The position numbers and the translations under genes are program-made. From Flavobacteriales bacterium (GTDB lineage: Bacteria; Bacteroidota; Bacteroidia; Flavobacteriales_E; Vicingaceae), in assembly GCA_026196775.1 (NCBI GenBank), contig JAPHUD010000031.1:4291-68290 (forward strand): DNA of 64,000 bases, written 5' to 3'. The notes below the pieces were generated by a model. That model was not told the origin of the DNA. It worked only from the letters and a program-made list of their open reading frames with translations, and searched no databases. Positions 47,752-57,014 of this stretch are shown here, piece after piece. The first letter of the stretch is position 1, and each line of letters begins with the position of its first letter.

Positions 47752-48489
47752 ATGAACAAAGAGGAACATTTAATTTTCGGAATCCATCCTGTTATTGAAG
47801 CAATTATTTCAGGAAAAGAAATAGACAAGCTTTATATTCAACAAGATATAAAAGGATCAGGAATAACAGAGTTGCGTAAAGCTATTAAACAACACAATGT
47901 TCCTTTTTCTCATGTGCCTATTTTTAAACTAAATAAGCACGTAAAAGGTAATCATCAAGGCGTAATTGCTTTTATTTCGCCTATTCCATTTTGTGATATA
48001 GAACAATTAGTACCTACTTTTTTTGAGAATGGAAAAACACCTTTAATTTTAATTCTTGATAGAATAACTGATGTAAGAAATTTAGGAGCTATTGCCAGAA
48101 CGGCACATTGTGTTGGCGTTGATGCTATTGTAATTCCTAAAAGAGAATCGGCACAAATTAATGCTGATGCCATGAAAACCTCAGCTGGAGCTTTAAACTA
48201 CATTCCTGTTTGTAAGGTAGATAACCTAACAGATACGGTTTTGTTTTTACAAGCAAGCGGATTACAAGTAGTAGCATGTACCGAAAAAACTAATGACACC
48301 ATTTATAACGTTGATTTTACAGGACCATCCGCAATCATAATGGGTAATGAAGAAACCGGAATTGCCAACCAATTGCTAAAAGCTGCTGATGCTAAAGCTA
48401 AGATACCAATGGTGAATGAAATAGCTTCGTTAAATGTTTCTGTGGCTGCTGCGGTAATTATGTACGAAGCATTAAAGCAGAGGATTTAA
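47752..48489 (+). CDS. rlmB: 23S rRNA (guanosine-2'-O)-methyltransferase RlmB (SpoU/TrmH family)
   Basis: LILDRITDVRNLGAIARTA, IIMGNEETGI, SLNVSVAAAVIMYE. Confidence 0.85.
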   Translation: MNKEEHLIFGIHPVIEAIISGKEIDKLYIQQDIKGSGITELRKAIKQHNVPFSHVPIFKLNKHVKGNHQGVIAFISPIPFCDIEQLVPTFFENGKTPLILILDRITDVRNLGAIARTAHCVGVDAIVIPKRESAQINADAMKTSAGALNYIPVCKVDNLTDTVLFLQASGLQVVACTEKTNDTIYNVDFTGPSAIIMGNEETGIANQLLKAADAKAKIPMVNEIASLNVSVAAAVIMYEALKQRI

Positions 48490-49775
48490 AGCACTTCTTT
48501 TTCTGCATAATAATAAATAAACACGCCATTTTTCAGCATGTAATCTTTGTTATTTATAGTAATAATGTCGTTTTCTTGCAGTAAATGTAAATTGTTAATT
48601 TCTTCATGCTCAACATGAACAGAACCTTTGGTAATTCTTGTTAAATCTAAATATTGAGTATTGACAAAATTTTTAGCTCCACACAGAAATACTTGCACCG
48701 GAACAGTTATTTTATCAATAAACTCATAATCCCTCATTTTTTCATAATTATCTGCAATAAGTACTATGCTTTTAGCTTCAGGGAAATATTTTAATCCCAA
48801 CAACATTGCTTCTACATCATTTTCTTTCGTTTCTCCTCCTCCACTACCACCAGCAGTACATTTATTAAGGGCTTTATTAATTTCTTCACTTTGCAAACTT
48901 TTAGCAACATAAATTCCTCCTGTTTCTAAAGGCAGTTTTTTATCAGAACTTTTTGCATCGCCATCATTAAAAAACAAACAGCCTTTTGCATTTACATTAG
49001 CGGCTTGCTCTTTCAACCAAATTATTACCTGACTGTAAAATGGCATCATGCTCCCTGTTGCATCGGTTACAATAATAAAATCTTGTGCATTAGCTATCCG
49101 CTTAAAAGCATTTAATACCGTAGAATCTTTTTGTAAACTAGCTAAATACGGGTTTGGAGGAGCTGGTGGATATAAATCTATTTCTATTTTTTTACCCCAA
49201 ATGGTATCGTAAACATAACCATTATCCCATCGGGTTTCTATATAAAATGGTTTTGGGGTTGTATCATTTTCTAACGAATCTTTTTTAGAAAAATTAGTTA
49301 GTAGGGTATTGATGTAGTCACTTTCCTCAATAATAAAATCTGGAGTAACATCAGGACGAAAAGTAACCACAAAACCATGAAACATTCTATTACATTCTTC
49401 TCTAGAGTTGCCTTCGGTTTGACTAATAAGCTCGTACTCCCATACTGGAAATTCAAACACTTCGGGGACTAATTTTTTAAGTTCCAACAAACGTTTTTTG
49501 TTCAGCTCAATTTGGTTAAATTTTTCCGATGTTCTATATTGCGTATAAATCAATTGAATTTTAATAACAACTCTTTCTTGAAGCTGTTTCTTTTGCTCTT
49601 TGTTTAAAATAATTTCTTTGGCAAAAGGCATTTCAATAAGGATTTGATCTTTATGAATAGTACTTCTGTTAAATGTATTGATGTTGGTAACATTACTTTT
49701 AGCATAGTGATTTACATCAAACCCAACAACAGATTGGAAGCTAATTAATAAGGTGAAAAGATAAAAAAATCGCAT
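48486..49775 (-). CDS. Exported hypothetical protein with a C-terminal vWA-like domain
   Basis: Start moved to ATG 49775 (MRFFYLFTLLISFQSVVG). A MIDAS-like DATGSM sits in FIIVTDATGSMMPF, with later ...VLIADN... Confidence 0.55.
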   Translation of the reverse strand: MRFFYLFTLLISFQSVVGFDVNHYAKSNVTNINTFNRSTIHKDQILIEMPFAKEIILNKEQKKQLQERVVIKIQLIYTQYRTSEKFNQIELNKKRLLELKKLVPEVFEFPVWEYELISQTEGNSREECNRMFHGFVVTFRPDVTPDFIIEESDYINTLLTNFSKKDSLENDTTPKPFYIETRWDNGYVYDTIWGKKIEIDLYPPAPPNPYLASLQKDSTVLNAFKRIANAQDFIIVTDATGSMMPFYSQVIIWLKEQAANVNAKGCLFFNDGDAKSSDKKLPLETGGIYVAKSLQSEEINKALNKCTAGGSGGGETKENDVEAMLLGLKYFPEAKSIVLIADNYEKMRDYEFIDKITVPVQVFLCGAKNFVNTQYLDLTRITKGSVHVEHEEINNLHLLQENDIITINNKDYMLKNGVFIYYYAEKEVL

Positions 49776-49792
49776 ATAGTAACAGATATGAT

Positions 49793-49809
49793 TACTTTTG
49801 TCAAAAGTA
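49793..49809. promoter_or_regulatory. 17-bp perfect palindrome formed by two back-to-back -7 boxes (TACTTTTG-T-CAAAAGTA)
   Basis: tacttttg (49793-49800) faces rsmA (start 49843). caaaagta (49802-49809) is TACTTTTG on the minus strand and faces the vWA-like gene (start 49775). Confidence 0.45.
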
Positions 49810-49842
49810 CACAATCAGGTTAACCCTAAAAATTAAAAATTA

Positions 49843-50616
49843 TTGCAACCCGTTAGAGCCAAAAAACACTTAGGACAACATTTTCTCAAAGATTTATCTA
49901 TTGCTGAAGATATTGTAAACAGTCTTATTCAGACAGATAAATACGATACCGTTTTAGAAATTGGTCCGGGAATGGGCGTGTTAACACAATTTTTAATTCA
50001 ACAAAAAAACTATACTACTTTTCCTATAGACGTAGATAGAGAGTCTATTGCTTTTTTAGTAGAAAAGTTTCCTGTACTTAAAGGCAACATTATTTATGGC
50101 GATTTTTTAAAAATAGATTTAAATGAAATTGTAAACAATAAACCTTTTGCGGTAATTGGCAATTTCCCTTACAATATCTCCACACAAATTTTATTTAAAG
50201 TGTACGAATATCGCCACCAAGTACCTGAGTTAGTTGGTATGTTTCAGAAAGAGGTAGCCGAAAGAGTTGCCGCCAAGCCCGGCAATAAAACCTATGGTAT
50301 TACCAGTGTTTTACTTCAAGCCTATTACGATATTGAATATTTATTTACGGTGGATGAACATGTTTTTGATCCGCCACCAAAAGTAAAATCTGCCGTAATT
50401 CGATTAACAAGAAACAATACTGAAAAACTGGATTGCGATGAAGTTTTTTTCAAAGTAGTGGTAAAAACAGCTTTTAACCAACGCAGAAAAACCATGCGAA
50501 ATTCAGTAAAAGTTTTTTTGAACGAAGAAACCAAAAAACACCCTATTTTAGACAAACGCCCCGAACAACTTTCTGTGGAAGAGTTTGTAATGCTTACTAA
50601 TTTGTTGAAGGGGTAA
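49843..50616 (+). CDS. rsmA: 16S rRNA (adenine1518/1519-N6)-dimethyltransferase
   Basis: KKHLGQHFL, EIGPGMGVLT, GNFPYNIST. The apparent start codon is TTG. Confidence 0.9.
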   Translation: MQPVRAKKHLGQHFLKDLSIAEDIVNSLIQTDKYDTVLEIGPGMGVLTQFLIQQKNYTTFPIDVDRESIAFLVEKFPVLKGNIIYGDFLKIDLNEIVNNKPFAVIGNFPYNISTQILFKVYEYRHQVPELVGMFQKEVAERVAAKPGNKTYGITSVLLQAYYDIEYLFTVDEHVFDPPPKVKSAVIRLTRNNTEKLDCDEVFFKVVVKTAFNQRRKTMRNSVKVFLNEETKKHPILDKRPEQLSVEEFVMLTNLLKG

Positions 50617-50707
50617 CTCACTATTGTTCAGGAGCATTTTCTTTTCTTATTTTTTGATAACTTCTTTTTTTAATTTAGTTTTAGCATTTATTAATTAGCT
50701 AGCTAAA

Positions 50708-52936
50708 ATGAAACGTTTAATATATCTCTTTTTACTATTATTACCTACCTACTGTTTATCAAGCGTTAATTTAGATTCATTATATCAAGAAGTATTAAAT
50801 TCAAAAAACGATATTGAAAAAATAAATAGCTCTGTCGAATATATTCGTTTTTGTTATACAAAAGATGAAAAAAACTTTAAACTAGTTTATGAGCGTTTAA
50901 ACAAATTGCTTAAAAATGAAAAGTCATCAGACTATAAACATGAAACTACCCTTAAATTAGCTCGTTACTTATCTAGGATTGGCGCTTTTAAAGAAGCTAA
51001 ACAGCTATTAAAATTATCGTTGTCTCAACAAAATAATGAGTTTAATAACAATTGGAAATCAATTTATTTTTTTAGACTCTCAAAAATTTATTTTGAAGAA
51101 GGGGAAAGAAAAATGGTAATTAACTATATTGATAGCTCTCTAAAGTATTTAAACAAGGAAGATTCGCTTTTAAGAATTTCCTATATTATGGAAAAAGGCA
51201 GGGCTTTTTATGATTTAGGTGATTATGCAAAAGCAATGGAGTTGTATGTTATTGCTCAAAAACAATTTGAATCTTACAATATTAGAGATATAAATTACGG
51301 AATGCTAATGCACTTTATTGGTTCTGTTTTTAAAAGACAAAATAATGATGCTAGAGCTTTTGATTATTATGAAGAAATGCTTGAAGTTGCAATTGAAATT
51401 CATGATAAACACCTAGAAGCAGAAGCATATAGCTTATTAGCAGATTTATATGCCTATGCTGGAGACTACGAAAAAGAGGAAGAATATCTTTACAAAGCAT
51501 TAAATATTGTTATTGATTTAAATGATGAATTGGCAGAAGCTCATATTTTATTAGCCATTGTTCATGGAAATATTTATGACCATAAATATAAAGAAGCATT
51601 AATTAAGTTAGATCGAATTCAAGATATAGTTAAGAAATATAATATTACCGAGTATGATATTACCATTAATAGGTATTTAGGTAAAATATACTCTAGAATG
51701 GGTAAATATGAAAAAGCAATGAAGTTTTTTGAGTTAGCAATTCTTGCTGCAAATAAAAGAGAAGAAAAAAAGATGCTTAATTTATCAGACATATACCGCA
51801 ATATAGCAGTTTCTTCTTATAAAAATAAAAGCTTTAAAAATGCTTATGAGTACTTAGATTTGCATTTAATTTATAAAGATTCTTTATTAAATGAAGAAAA
51901 CCAACAAATCATTCATAAACTCGAACAACAATATGAAAACCAAAAGAAAGAAAGTGAAATAATTGCTTTAAATAAAGATAAACAGATACAAGAAAAAGAA
52001 TTATCTAAACAAAATGTAATGATAAAAGCTTTTTTAGTAGGCTTATTACTAACCCTATTATTAGCAAGTACAATTTTTTATAGCTTAACACAAAATAAAA
52101 AAAAGAATAAAATAATTTCTTCAAAAGTGATTGAGTTAGCTGAAAAAAACAAAGAAATAACAGACAGTATTCAATATGCTAAAAGAATACAAAATGCGAT
52201 ATTACCTCCCAATAAAGTAGTAAAAGAATATTTACAAGAAAGCTTTATTTTATATAAACCAAAAGATATTGTAGCAGGTGACTTTTATTGGATGGAACAA
52301 AAAAATGAGGAAGTCCTTTTTGCAGCAGCGGATTGTACCGGACATGGAGTTCCAGGGGCTATGGTGTCAGTTGTTTGTAACAACGGATTAAATAGAAGTG
52401 TTAGGGAGTATGGTTTAACAGACCCTGGGGAAATATTAAATAAAACACGAGAAATAGTCATCTCAGAGTTTGAAAAAAGTGAAGAAGATGTAAAAGATGG
52501 AATGGATATAGCACTCTGTTGTTTAAAGTATAAAATTGAAAATGAAAATTTGGAAAACTCTAAAACAGTGGCCTTATTACATTATGCTGGAGCTAATAAT
52601 CCACTATGGATAATAAGAAAAAACAGTAAAACTTTAGAAGAAATTAAAGCCAACAAGCAACCAATAGGGAAATTTGATAATCCTGAGCCATATACAACCC
52701 ATAAAATAATACTAGAAAAAGGGGACACTATATATGTATTTTCAGATGGGTATGTAGATCAGTTTGGTGGAGAAAAAGGAAAGAAGTACAAAGCAAGCAA
52801 CTTTAAAAGCTTACTAATTTCTATTCAAGCTAAGGACATGAATGAACAAAAAGAGATAATAAACAAAACTTTTGAAACTTGGAAAGGTAATCTTGAACAA
52901 TTGGATGACGTTTGTGTAATTGGAGTTCGTATATAA
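50708..52936 (+). CDS. TPR-sensor, single-TM SpoIIE/PP2C-family protein phosphatase
   Basis: Signal peptide, extracytoplasmic TPR-like repeats, coiled coil, TM (AFLVGLLLTLLLASTIFYSL), then a SpoIIE domain (AGDFYWM, AAADCTGHGVPGAMVS, SDGYVDQFGG, DDVCVIGV). Confidence 0.85.
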   Translation: MKRLIYLFLLLLPTYCLSSVNLDSLYQEVLNSKNDIEKINSSVEYIRFCYTKDEKNFKLVYERLNKLLKNEKSSDYKHETTLKLARYLSRIGAFKEAKQLLKLSLSQQNNEFNNNWKSIYFFRLSKIYFEEGERKMVINYIDSSLKYLNKEDSLLRISYIMEKGRAFYDLGDYAKAMELYVIAQKQFESYNIRDINYGMLMHFIGSVFKRQNNDARAFDYYEEMLEVAIEIHDKHLEAEAYSLLADLYAYAGDYEKEEEYLYKALNIVIDLNDELAEAHILLAIVHGNIYDHKYKEALIKLDRIQDIVKKYNITEYDITINRYLGKIYSRMGKYEKAMKFFELAILAANKREEKKMLNLSDIYRNIAVSSYKNKSFKNAYEYLDLHLIYKDSLLNEENQQIIHKLEQQYENQKKESEIIALNKDKQIQEKELSKQNVMIKAFLVGLLLTLLLASTIFYSLTQNKKKNKIISSKVIELAEKNKEITDSIQYAKRIQNAILPPNKVVKEYLQESFILYKPKDIVAGDFYWMEQKNEEVLFAAADCTGHGVPGAMVSVVCNNGLNRSVREYGLTDPGEILNKTREIVISEFEKSEEDVKDGMDIALCCLKYKIENENLENSKTVALLHYAGANNPLWIIRKNSKTLEEIKANKQPIGKFDNPEPYTTHKIILEKGDTIYVFSDGYVDQFGGEKGKKYKASNFKSLLISIQAKDMNEQKEIINKTFETWKGNLEQLDDVCVIGVRI

Positions 52937-52980
52937 CGAATGACCTAGAAATTATTTATATTTTAATAGAATTAAATGTA

Positions 52981-53010
52981 AAAAAGAGACTTGTCCAAGT
53001 CTCTTTTTTA
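52981..53010. terminator. Bidirectional terminator hairpin between convergent genes
   Basis: aaaaagagacttg / caagtctcttttt arms, with an A-run before and a T-run after. Confidence 0.65.
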
Positions 53011-53027
53011 CTAAATATATTGATTAT

Positions 53028-54896
53028 TTACTGTTTAATAAGCTTATAAACAGCATTATTATTTCCGCTGTTAATTTTTAAGAAGTAAACTCCTTTACTT
53101 TCATTGCTTAGGTCTATAATTACATTATTTGTTACAATATTAGTTTGAGTAGTAATAACTTTCCCTTCAATAGATGTTACAGTATAATTAGTTTTCTGAT
53201 TTAACCCATCATTAAAATTAATTGTAATTAAACCATTTGTTGGATTAGGGAAGATAGAAACATTAAAGTTTGTTTTTTCTTCATCAACTCCAACAACAAC
53301 AATATTTTCGCAAGCAGATGTGTCAATACAATTTCCCACTGTTATTTCTACAGCATAGTTTCCGGTAACTGTTGCTGTAAAGTTCTGAGAAGTTTCTCCA
53401 GTTATTACAGCATTCCCATTGTCACAATCTAACCATCTATAGCTAGCACCACTTTGGTTTGCTGTTAAGGTAGGGGTGTTGTTAGTTACGGAATTATCGA
53501 CATTTATGATAGTTAAATTAAGCGTAACTATAGAGTCGCATCCATTAATATTTCCTCCAACTAAAGTATGAGTAGCTGTATTGTTACTTGATGAATAAGT
53601 TACATTATCTATCCATGTATAACTATTACAGGCACTAACAACATCAGTTCCATTAGAGCTATTATTAATAGTTAAATTAAGCGTAACTATAGAGTCGCAT
53701 CCATTAATATTTCCTCCAACTAAGGTATGTGTAGCGGTATTGTTACTTGATGTATAGGTTACGTTATCTATCCACGTATAACTATTACAGGCACTAACAA
53801 TGTCAGTTCCATTAGAACTATTATTTATAGTTAAGTTTAATGTAACTACAGAGTCACAACCATTAACATTTGCCCCTGTTAAGGTATGTGTAGCTGTATT
53901 ATTACTTGATGTATAAGTTACATTATTGATCCAAGTATAACTATCACAAGCACTAATAATGTCAGTTCCAGTATTATTACTATTTATAGTTAAGTTTAAT
54001 GTTACTATAGAATCACATCCATTAACACTTCCTCCAACTAAAGTGTGTGTAGCGGTGTTATTATTTGAACTGTAGGTATTACCGTCAATCCATAGCAATG
54101 AACCACATTCAATACGAGTATCAATAGAATTAATAGTTCCATTATTTTGATTAACTTGATTAATAACAGCACCCGAACTTACCCAATTAGAAGTTGTTCC
54201 TCCAAGCATAAAATTATTTAATGTTCCATTATGATTAGTAGTGAAATCTAACAAAGAAGTAACAGCTGAATTATTACCTCCTGCTACTCCTTGGTTGAAA
54301 TTATAATAAGCTACCAAATTAGGTTGAGCTTGAGTAAACTCTGAATTCATAGAACTATTAATATCACAAACAGAACGTTTTACATCCCAAATTCTTAATT
54401 CATCTAATTCTCCATTAAAATATTGAGCTCCATTAGTTCTACTTCCAATAGTCATCATATTATCAGTACCTGTAGATGAAGAACCTCCTGGTGCAGTTGT
54501 TTGAAGCATTCCATTAAAATACACTTCTGTTTGTTGTGTTGTACCATTCCATGTACAAGCTACATGTGTCCATTGGTTTAGTGGTAAACTCGCATTAGTT
54601 GCGACACCTACCGTATTGTTGATGTAAAAATAAATTTGATTTGAACCACCAGTAGAAACTGAAATAAAGTTAGAAGCATTTAACTGAGCAAAAACTACTC
54701 TAGAAAAAACACTAGCCTGAGGTTTTATCCATGTTTCAATTGTAATACTGTTGGCATTAATATTTGAGAAAACTGTAGGAAGAGGTGCAGAAACATAATC
54801 ATTAACACCGTCAAAATGCAATGAGTTTCCAGGGTTTTGAGCATTAGAAAAAGTTATTCCGATAAAAAAAGCAGCAATAAATAATAGAGATTTCAT
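53028..54896 (-). CDS. T9SS cargo protein: LamG/ConA-like domain, four 53-aa Cys-containing repeats, type-A CTD
   Basis: LamG-type motifs (LHFDGVNDYVSAP, WTHVACTWNG, FNGELDELRIWD). Four copies of GTD-x-x-SAC-x-SYTWI-x-NVTY-x-SSNNTATHTL-x-G-x-N-x-NGCDS-x-VTLNLTI. CTD: IFPNPTNGLITINF...GVYFLKINSGNNNAVYKLIKQ. Confidence 0.8.
   Translation of the reverse strand: MKSLLFIAAFFIGITFSNAQNPGNSLHFDGVNDYVSAPLPTVFSNINANSITIETWIKPQASVFSRVVFAQLNASNFISVSTGGSNQIYFYINNTVGVATNASLPLNQWTHVACTWNGTTQQTEVYFNGMLQTTAPGGSSSTGTDNMMTIGSRTNGAQYFNGELDELRIWDVKRSVCDINSSMNSEFTQAQPNLVAYYNFNQGVAGGNNSAVTSLLDFTTNHNGTLNNFMLGGTTSNWVSSGAVINQVNQNNGTINSIDTRIECGSLLWIDGNTYSSNNNTATHTLVGGSVNGCDSIVTLNLTINSNNTGTDIISACDSYTWINNVTYTSSNNTATHTLTGANVNGCDSVVTLNLTINNSSNGTDIVSACNSYTWIDNVTYTSSNNTATHTLVGGNINGCDSIVTLNLTINNSSNGTDVVSACNSYTWIDNVTYSSSNNTATHTLVGGNINGCDSIVTLNLTIINVDNSVTNNTPTLTANQSGASYRWLDCDNGNAVITGETSQNFTATVTGNYAVEITVGNCIDTSACENIVVVGVDEEKTNFNVSIFPNPTNGLITINFNDGLNQKTNYTVTSIEGKVITTQTNIVTNNVIIDLSNESKGVYFLKINSGNNNAVYKLIKQ
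53511..54146 (-). repeat. Four in-frame tandem copies of a 159-bp unit inside the 53028-54896 gene
   Basis: The unit start agttaa(a/g)tt recurs at 53511, 53670, 53829 and 53988. Copies 1 and 2 differ at only about a dozen positions by eye, and copy 4 is the most diverged. Confidence 0.85.
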
Positions 54897-54921
54897 GAGT
54901 TTTAATTTTTTTAGTTAGCGG

Positions 54922-54929
54922 CAAAAGTA
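54922..54929 (-). promoter_or_regulatory. -7 box TActTTTG for the LamG/T9SS gene
   Basis: The + strand reads caaaagta, 25 nt upstream of ATG 54896. Confidence 0.4.
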
Positions 54930-54986
54930 TATTAATTTAACTATTAAAAAAACTTTTCTTTTCTATGTTAAATCTCGTTTTAATAA

Positions 54987-55619
54987 TTATCCCAATACTT
55001 CGCAAACAATACTAACAACAGCAACACTTACATACTCTATTCCTATAGCAATTACGATAAAACCTATTATTCTTGATATGGCATTTATTCCCGAAGCCCC
55101 CATAAATTTGACAATTAAAAAAGAACTTCTTAAAATAAGATAAGTAGCTAATCCTACCGCAAAAACGGCAGCAATAATGGCTGTTATATTTAATATACTT
55201 TCGTGTAGTTCTCTGTAAGAAATTAATAAAGAAATAGACCCCGGACCTGCCAACATAGGAATAGCTAACGGAGTAAGAGAAAATCGTTCTCTCTTATCTA
55301 AATCCTTTTGAACTCGTTTGTTTTTTAACCCTTTATGTTTTACAAAACTACCCGTGAGTAAAGCAAAACCAGAAGAAGTTATAATTAAACCACCTGCAAT
55401 TCGGAGCGAGTTTAAGCTAATATTAAAAAACTTTAAAATGTAATTTCCTACAAAGAATGCTATGAGTAAAATAACCACTACGTTAATTGATGTTAGCAAC
55501 GAAGTTCTGGCTCTTTCAGCTAACGATTCATCTTGTGTTAAGCCAACAAATACGGGTACTGTTCCTAAAGGATTGATTACTGAAAACAATGCAGCAAAAG
55601 CGAATAAAAATATTTCCAT
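54987..55619 (-). CDS. MarC-family (UPF0056) integral membrane protein
   Basis: 210 aa with 6 TM helices and the N-terminal NPLGTVPVF family motif. Confidence 0.85.
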   Translation of the reverse strand: MEIFLFAFAALFSVINPLGTVPVFVGLTQDESLAERARTSLLTSINVVVILLIAFFVGNYILKFFNISLNSLRIAGGLIITSSGFALLTGSFVKHKGLKNKRVQKDLDKRERFSLTPLAIPMLAGPGSISLLISYRELHESILNITAIIAAVFAVGLATYLILRSSFLIVKFMGASGINAISRIIGFIVIAIGIEYVSVAVVSIVCEVLG

Positions 55620-55722
55620 GTTTTTTCTGCAAAGCTACTTTACAAGATATCTATAGTAAATTATGTCTACTTTATTACAATGTTAATTTTATTGCTTAAA
55701 CAGAGTAGATAAAATCCTTTTT

Positions 55723-55750
55723 TTGTACTCAATTAAATTGATTACCTTTG
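55723..55750 (+). promoter_or_regulatory. Bacteroidota promoter (-33 TTG, 17-nt spacer, -7 TAccTTTG) for the DEAD-box helicase gene
   Basis: ttg at 55723-55725 and tacctttg at 55743-55750. ATG is at 55775. Confidence 0.45.
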
Positions 55751-55774
55751 GTAATTAATTATTTATAACACTAC

Positions 55775-56989
55775 ATGACATTTTCCGATTTTAATTTTGA
55801 AGACTCCGTTAGCCAAGCTCTTGATGCTATGGGCTTTGATAAACCAACCCCTATTCAACAACAAGCCATCCCTGCTATTATGGAAAATAAAGACATGATT
55901 GCTTGTGCCCAAACAGGAACAGGAAAAACAGCCGCTTTTGTTTTGCCAATATTAAATAGTATAGCCAAAAATGGCTCTTCAGGAAAGGTTTCCACTTTAG
56001 TAATTGTACCTACAAGAGAGCTGGCAATGCAAATTGACCAACAAATAGAAGGTTTTAGTTACTTTACCAACGCTACTTCTATCGCCATTTATGGTGGTGG
56101 AGATGGGAAAACCTTTGATGCTGAAAAAAAAGCCCTTACCACTGGTGCTGATATTGTTATTTGCACTCCAGGGAGAATTATCTCTCACCTCAACATGGGT
56201 TATTTTGATACTTCGGGCATTAAACATTTTATTTTGGATGAAGCAGACAGAATGTTAGATATGGGTTTTAATGAAGACATTACAGGTATTGCTAAAAAAT
56301 TACCTCCAAATCGTCAGAATTTACTTTTTTCGGCTACCATGCCACCTAAAATCAGACAATTGTCTAATCAATTATTAAAAAACCCAGTAACAATAAGTAT
56401 TGCCATTGCCAAACCTAACGAAGGCATTATGCAAGTGGCTTATTTAGTTCATAATCACCAAAAAATAAATCTAATAAAACATTTGTTGAGTGGTAAAATG
56501 AATGAGCATATTATCATTTTTTCATCTCGTAAAACTTCAGTCAAGGAAATTACCAAAACCCTTACAAAAGAAAATTTACCTGCAAAAGCTATTCATTCTG
56601 ACTTAACACAACAAGAAAGAGAACAAGTGTTACTTGATTTTAAAAACAAAAAAGTACATATTTTAGTTGCCACAGATATCCTCTCTAGAGGTATTGATAT
56701 TAAAGGAATTGACATTGTACTGAATTACGACATCCCTTCGGATGCAGAAGATTATGTACACAGAATTGGACGAACCGCTAGAGGTGACAATGGAACAGGT
56801 TTGGCCATTACCTTTATTAATGCTGATGATGTTTACAATTTCTCCAAAATTGAAAAATTAATTGATAAAGAAGTAAAAAAACTACCGCTACCAGAAGGTT
56901 TTGAAGCCGGACCAGGATATAAGATAACAGCTAAAAAACCATTTCATCATAAAAAGAATAATAACTTTAGAAAAAAACAAAAATCGTAA
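55775..56989 (+). CDS. DEAD-box ATP-dependent RNA helicase with a short basic C-terminal tail
   Basis: Q motif GFDKPTPIQ, AQTGTGKT, LDEADRM, SAT, HRIGRTAR, and the tail KKPFHHKKNNNFRKKQKS. Confidence 0.92.
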   Translation: MTFSDFNFEDSVSQALDAMGFDKPTPIQQQAIPAIMENKDMIACAQTGTGKTAAFVLPILNSIAKNGSSGKVSTLVIVPTRELAMQIDQQIEGFSYFTNATSIAIYGGGDGKTFDAEKKALTTGADIVICTPGRIISHLNMGYFDTSGIKHFILDEADRMLDMGFNEDITGIAKKLPPNRQNLLFSATMPPKIRQLSNQLLKNPVTISIAIAKPNEGIMQVAYLVHNHQKINLIKHLLSGKMNEHIIIFSSRKTSVKEITKTLTKENLPAKAIHSDLTQQEREQVLLDFKNKKVHILVATDILSRGIDIKGIDIVLNYDIPSDAEDYVHRIGRTARGDNGTGLAITFINADDVYNFSKIEKLIDKEVKKLPLPEGFEAGPGYKITAKKPFHHKKNNNFRKKQKS

Positions 56990-57014
56990 TTTCGATTAAT
57001 AAAAATCTGAATTT

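Noticed and set aside
53511-54146. Regularly spaced repeats that might suggest a CRISPR array
   Set aside because: The units are contiguous 159-bp copies with no unique spacers, they are in frame within a long ORF, and they encode a repeated protein module. There are no cas genes in the window.
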